IMG/VR virus record: IMGVR_UViG_2703718850_000001
Direction: 5' to 3' (one strand)
From: a virus
Taxonomy: Monodnaviria; Loebvirae; Hofneiviricota; Faserviricetes; Tubulavirales; Inoviridae
Length of the DNA: 8,386 nucleotides
The translations under genes were made by a program, and so were the position numbers. This document shows positions 6,786 to 8,386 of the stretch, in pieces. Numbering within the stretch: position 1 is the first letter of the stretch; each line of letters starts with the position of its first letter. The notes under the pieces are model-generated. The model was not told the origin of the DNA. It saw only the letters and a program-made list of their open reading frames with translations, and did not search any database.

Positions 6786-7565
6786 TTCTATTCTCCCTAC
6801 ATATTCAGAGAATAATTGACGTGGTGTTTTCATATTCCAGTTAGCGCCAAGCGTTAAATTTAAATCAATAAGCTCAGTTGTTCTTAATGTTAATTCAATA
6901 CGTAATTTATCTTTCGTCCAGTCCAGTAACCCGGCTCGTACAAACTCTTCGGCTATCTGGTGCCCTTTTTTACCAGAAACGTGTTCATCATATTTTGAAT
7001 AAAATTTCAGACTCCATCGACGGGAGTTTTTACCTAAATAAACTGTACCGCCTTTCCCACATGCGCGACCATGGCGTGTTTTAGCTTTAAATTCGGCGGC
7101 ATAAAGCCATGATCTGACATTTTCCAGCGTAGATAATGAATACATGTAATTAATGTCAACACGTGAAATTTTATACTGACCTGCCATAACGGCTTTATAA
7201 GACGCTAAATCATGAGGAATATTCAATAAGGATAAAATCCTGGCATAGACCGTCAACATGAGCCCTTGTATATCATCCGACCCAACAACAGAATGCCCCT
7301 GCAGAAACTTGGAAGGATTACCATCAATGTACAAATGTGTCGCTTTACCTTCGCCATTAGATCCTATCGATCGTACTTTCATCGTTGCTTCATGCGAGCC
7401 GCGAACAGTCAGTCGCTTAACGGTTTCCCACTCAATTGCACCGTCAGCATCAACGCTGACAACACTCCCCGCCGGAAGCGGTTTGTGTGTGCAAGGGAAA
7501 ATCCCGGTAAGCCAATCGATCACGAATAAATCCTCAAAATTGCAAAAATGACGACTTACTAACAC
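6471..7565 (-). CDS. II: Rolling-circle replication initiator pII (gene II); start uncertain
   Basis: Matches remembered M13 pII at NPSKFLQGHSVVG (M13 PAKVLQGHNVFG) and SNNVVPLIR (M13 CNNVVPLVR). The track start at 7565 is GTG; a better-supported start is GTG 7520-7518, preceded by GAGGA, giving about 349 aa. Shorter than M13 pII (410 aa). Confidence 0.85.
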   Translation of the reverse strand: MLVSRHFCNFEDLFVIDWLTGIFPCTHKPLPAGSVVSVDADGAIEWETVKRLTVRGSHEATMKVRSIGSNGEGKATHLYIDGNPSKFLQGHSVVGSDDIQGLMLTVYARILSLLNIPHDLASYKAVMAGQYKISRVDINYMYSLSTLENVRSWLYAAEFKAKTRHGRACGKGGTVYLGKNSRRWSLKFYSKYDEHVSGKKGHQIAEEFVRAGLLDWTKDKLRIELTLRTTELIDLNLTLGANWNMKTPRQLFSEYVGRIEMNQNAILSDEKITKLPRKIQSTYLLWKQGANMKEMLPHNTFYRHRRELLSFGIDINFYCDSPDSNNVVPLIRTLEAKPAEIPLWIYEKGFIFDYNRISHASSWH

Positions 7566-7692
7566 ATGAGTTCAGTAGTTCATTAGTGTTTTAACATTAC
7601 ACCAGTGAGCTAGTGAGTTCAAGAGGCTTGGATGATATGAGTTCATGAGCATGTATACTCACTTCAAATATTGCATTGAACGAGCGTAAAAA
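7566..7692. promoter_or_regulatory. Divergent intergenic control region with repeated TGAGTTCA motifs (candidate operator or origin repeats and promoters)
   Basis: ATGAGTTCA at 7566-7574 and 7637-7645, GTGAGTTCA at 7613-7621, plus partial copies (TAGTTCA 7576-7582, AGTGAGC 7604-7610). Candidate minus-strand promoter for gene II: TTGAAC (plus 7617-7622), 17-bp spacer, TAATGT (plus 7594-7599). Candidate plus-strand -10 TATACT at 7654-7659 for the regulator gene. Confidence 0.4.
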
Positions 7693-7875
7693 ATGGCAAA
7701 GCGCACGACTTATAACGTGACGGAAGAAAGAAAAATGAAACTAGAACGACTGGCTATAAATGCCAGTGTAAAACTAGGAAAAACAATTACATGGACAGAG
7801 ATTTTAGGTTATCTGATTGATAACTACTCTAAAGATGCAGCAGAAGATCTCATGTCTGCCAAACAAAAGGATTAA
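7693..7875 (+). CDS. Ribbon-helix-helix (CopG/Arc-like) transcriptional regulator, candidate phage repressor
   Basis: 60 aa, MAKRTTYNVTEERKMKLERLAINASVKLGKTITWTEILGYLIDNYSKD. The pattern (basic N-terminal strand, then two helices) matches the remembered CopG fold (MKKRLTITLSESVLENLEKMAREMGLSKSAMISVALENYKK). Divergently transcribed from gene II, like rstR relative to rstA in CTXphi. Confidence 0.55.
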   Translation: MAKRTTYNVTEERKMKLERLAINASVKLGKTITWTEILGYLIDNYSKDAAEDLMSAKQKD

Positions 7876-7893
7876 GTACCACGAATGGTACAA

Positions 7894-7930
7894 ACGTGCA
7901 GTATTACCAACACTGCACGTTCTTTATTGT
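7894..7930 (+). terminator. Rho-independent terminator downstream of the RHH gene
   Basis: 9-bp stem ACGTGCAGT (7894-7902) pairs with ACTGCACGT (7912-7920), 9-nt loop, followed by TCTTTATTGTG. Confidence 0.5.
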
Positions 7931-7963
7931 GCGAATTTTGAACAGTGAAAAAGGATCAAAAGG

Positions 7964-8386
7964 ATGAGTAGAAATAACGAAACAAGCGGCGTTGAACTGG
8001 TTGTCGTCGGCGTATTTGCTTTCTGTCTGGCAGTTGTTGCCTGGCTAATGAAAACTTTCGATGTTGAATGGCAAACAGCACTGGAAACTGCGCCTGGCCT
8101 GGTAGTCTGGTTGCTTGCTGTCGGAGCGGGGATCTTTTTCGGGATCAAAATGGAAACAGGTCTTGTTCGCTGGGGTGCTCCACTGGCGATCGCCCTTCTG
8201 ATTCCGGTATTCAAACCAATTCTTAAGGAAGCTGCCGGAGTACGTGAAATGGGTGGGTTGGTTTTCGATGATATGGTTTCGTGGTACGGAACTGGCTGGG
8301 GAATGTCGTTGATGTTTTTCGGAATTCTTATCATTGGATACGGACTTCTTTATTGGTGGCACAGAAGAAACTCATATTACTGGTAA
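7964..8386 (+). CDS. Small integral membrane protein (about 4 predicted TM segments), unknown function
   Basis: 140 aa; ATG at 7964 preceded by AAAGG/AAGGA; hydrophobic stretches VVVGVFAFCLAVVAWLM, LVVWLLAVGAGIFFGI, APLAIALLIPVF, MSLMFFGILIIGYGLLYWW. Stop TAA is the last three bases of the window. Preferred over the overlapping minus-strand ORF 7924-8334, which is Pro/Thr/Ser-rich and low in complexity. Confidence 0.5.
   Translation: MSRNNETSGVELVVVGVFAFCLAVVAWLMKTFDVEWQTALETAPGLVVWLLAVGAGIFFGIKMETGLVRWGAPLAIALLIPVFKPILKEAAGVREMGGLVFDDMVSWYGTGWGMSLMFFGILIIGYGLLYWWHRRNSYYW

Noticed and set aside
6878-7551. Plus-strand ORFs 6878-7084, 7258-7551 and 7266-7529 antisense to gene II
   Set aside because: Antisense to the well-supported pII gene, with no start-context support.
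7589-7616. Possible second dif-like site near the gene II upstream region
   Set aside because: Only a 9/11 match to the XerD arm (TTTTAACATTA), with no adjacent XerC-arm-like sequence; likely chance similarity in an AT-rich region.
7924-8362. Minus-strand ORFs 7924-8334 and 8045-8362 overlapping the plus-strand membrane protein gene
   Set aside because: Low-complexity Pro/Thr/Ser/Arg-rich translations. The plus-strand ORF has coherent transmembrane segments and a Shine-Dalgarno, so it is preferred, though without homology evidence this is a judgement.
1-8386. CRISPR arrays, tRNA or rRNA genes, transposase or IS elements
   Set aside because: No spaced direct repeats, cloverleaf-type sequence or transposase-like ORF seen. 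The only repeats are the gIII linker units and the short intergenic TGAGTTCA motifs.

Overview
Most of this window (about 940-7700) is a complete-looking Ff/IKe-type filamentous phage (Inoviridae) gene set on the minus strand, in canonical order II(X)-V-VII-IX-VIII-III-VI-I(XI)-IV. Calls rest on my own reading of the translations against remembered M13/IKe proteins, not on a search. pI, pIV, pVI and pVIII are clearly recognisable (pVIII is IKe-like); pII is more divergent and the gene-V-position protein does not resemble Ff gVp. Gene III is split into two frames at an A7 homopolymer. Left of the phage genes are two small unknown ORFs, then a dif-like XerC/XerD site (910-938), then two plus-strand genes that look like a Microviridae pilot protein and a J/VP8-type basic peptide. 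Right of gene II is a repeat-bearing intergenic region, a divergently transcribed ribbon-helix-helix regulator and a small membrane protein. The picture is consistent with an inovirus prophage sitting beside a microvirus-like element at a Xer recombination site, but I cannot confirm integration or the host from this window alone. No rRNA, tRNA or CRISPR array was seen.
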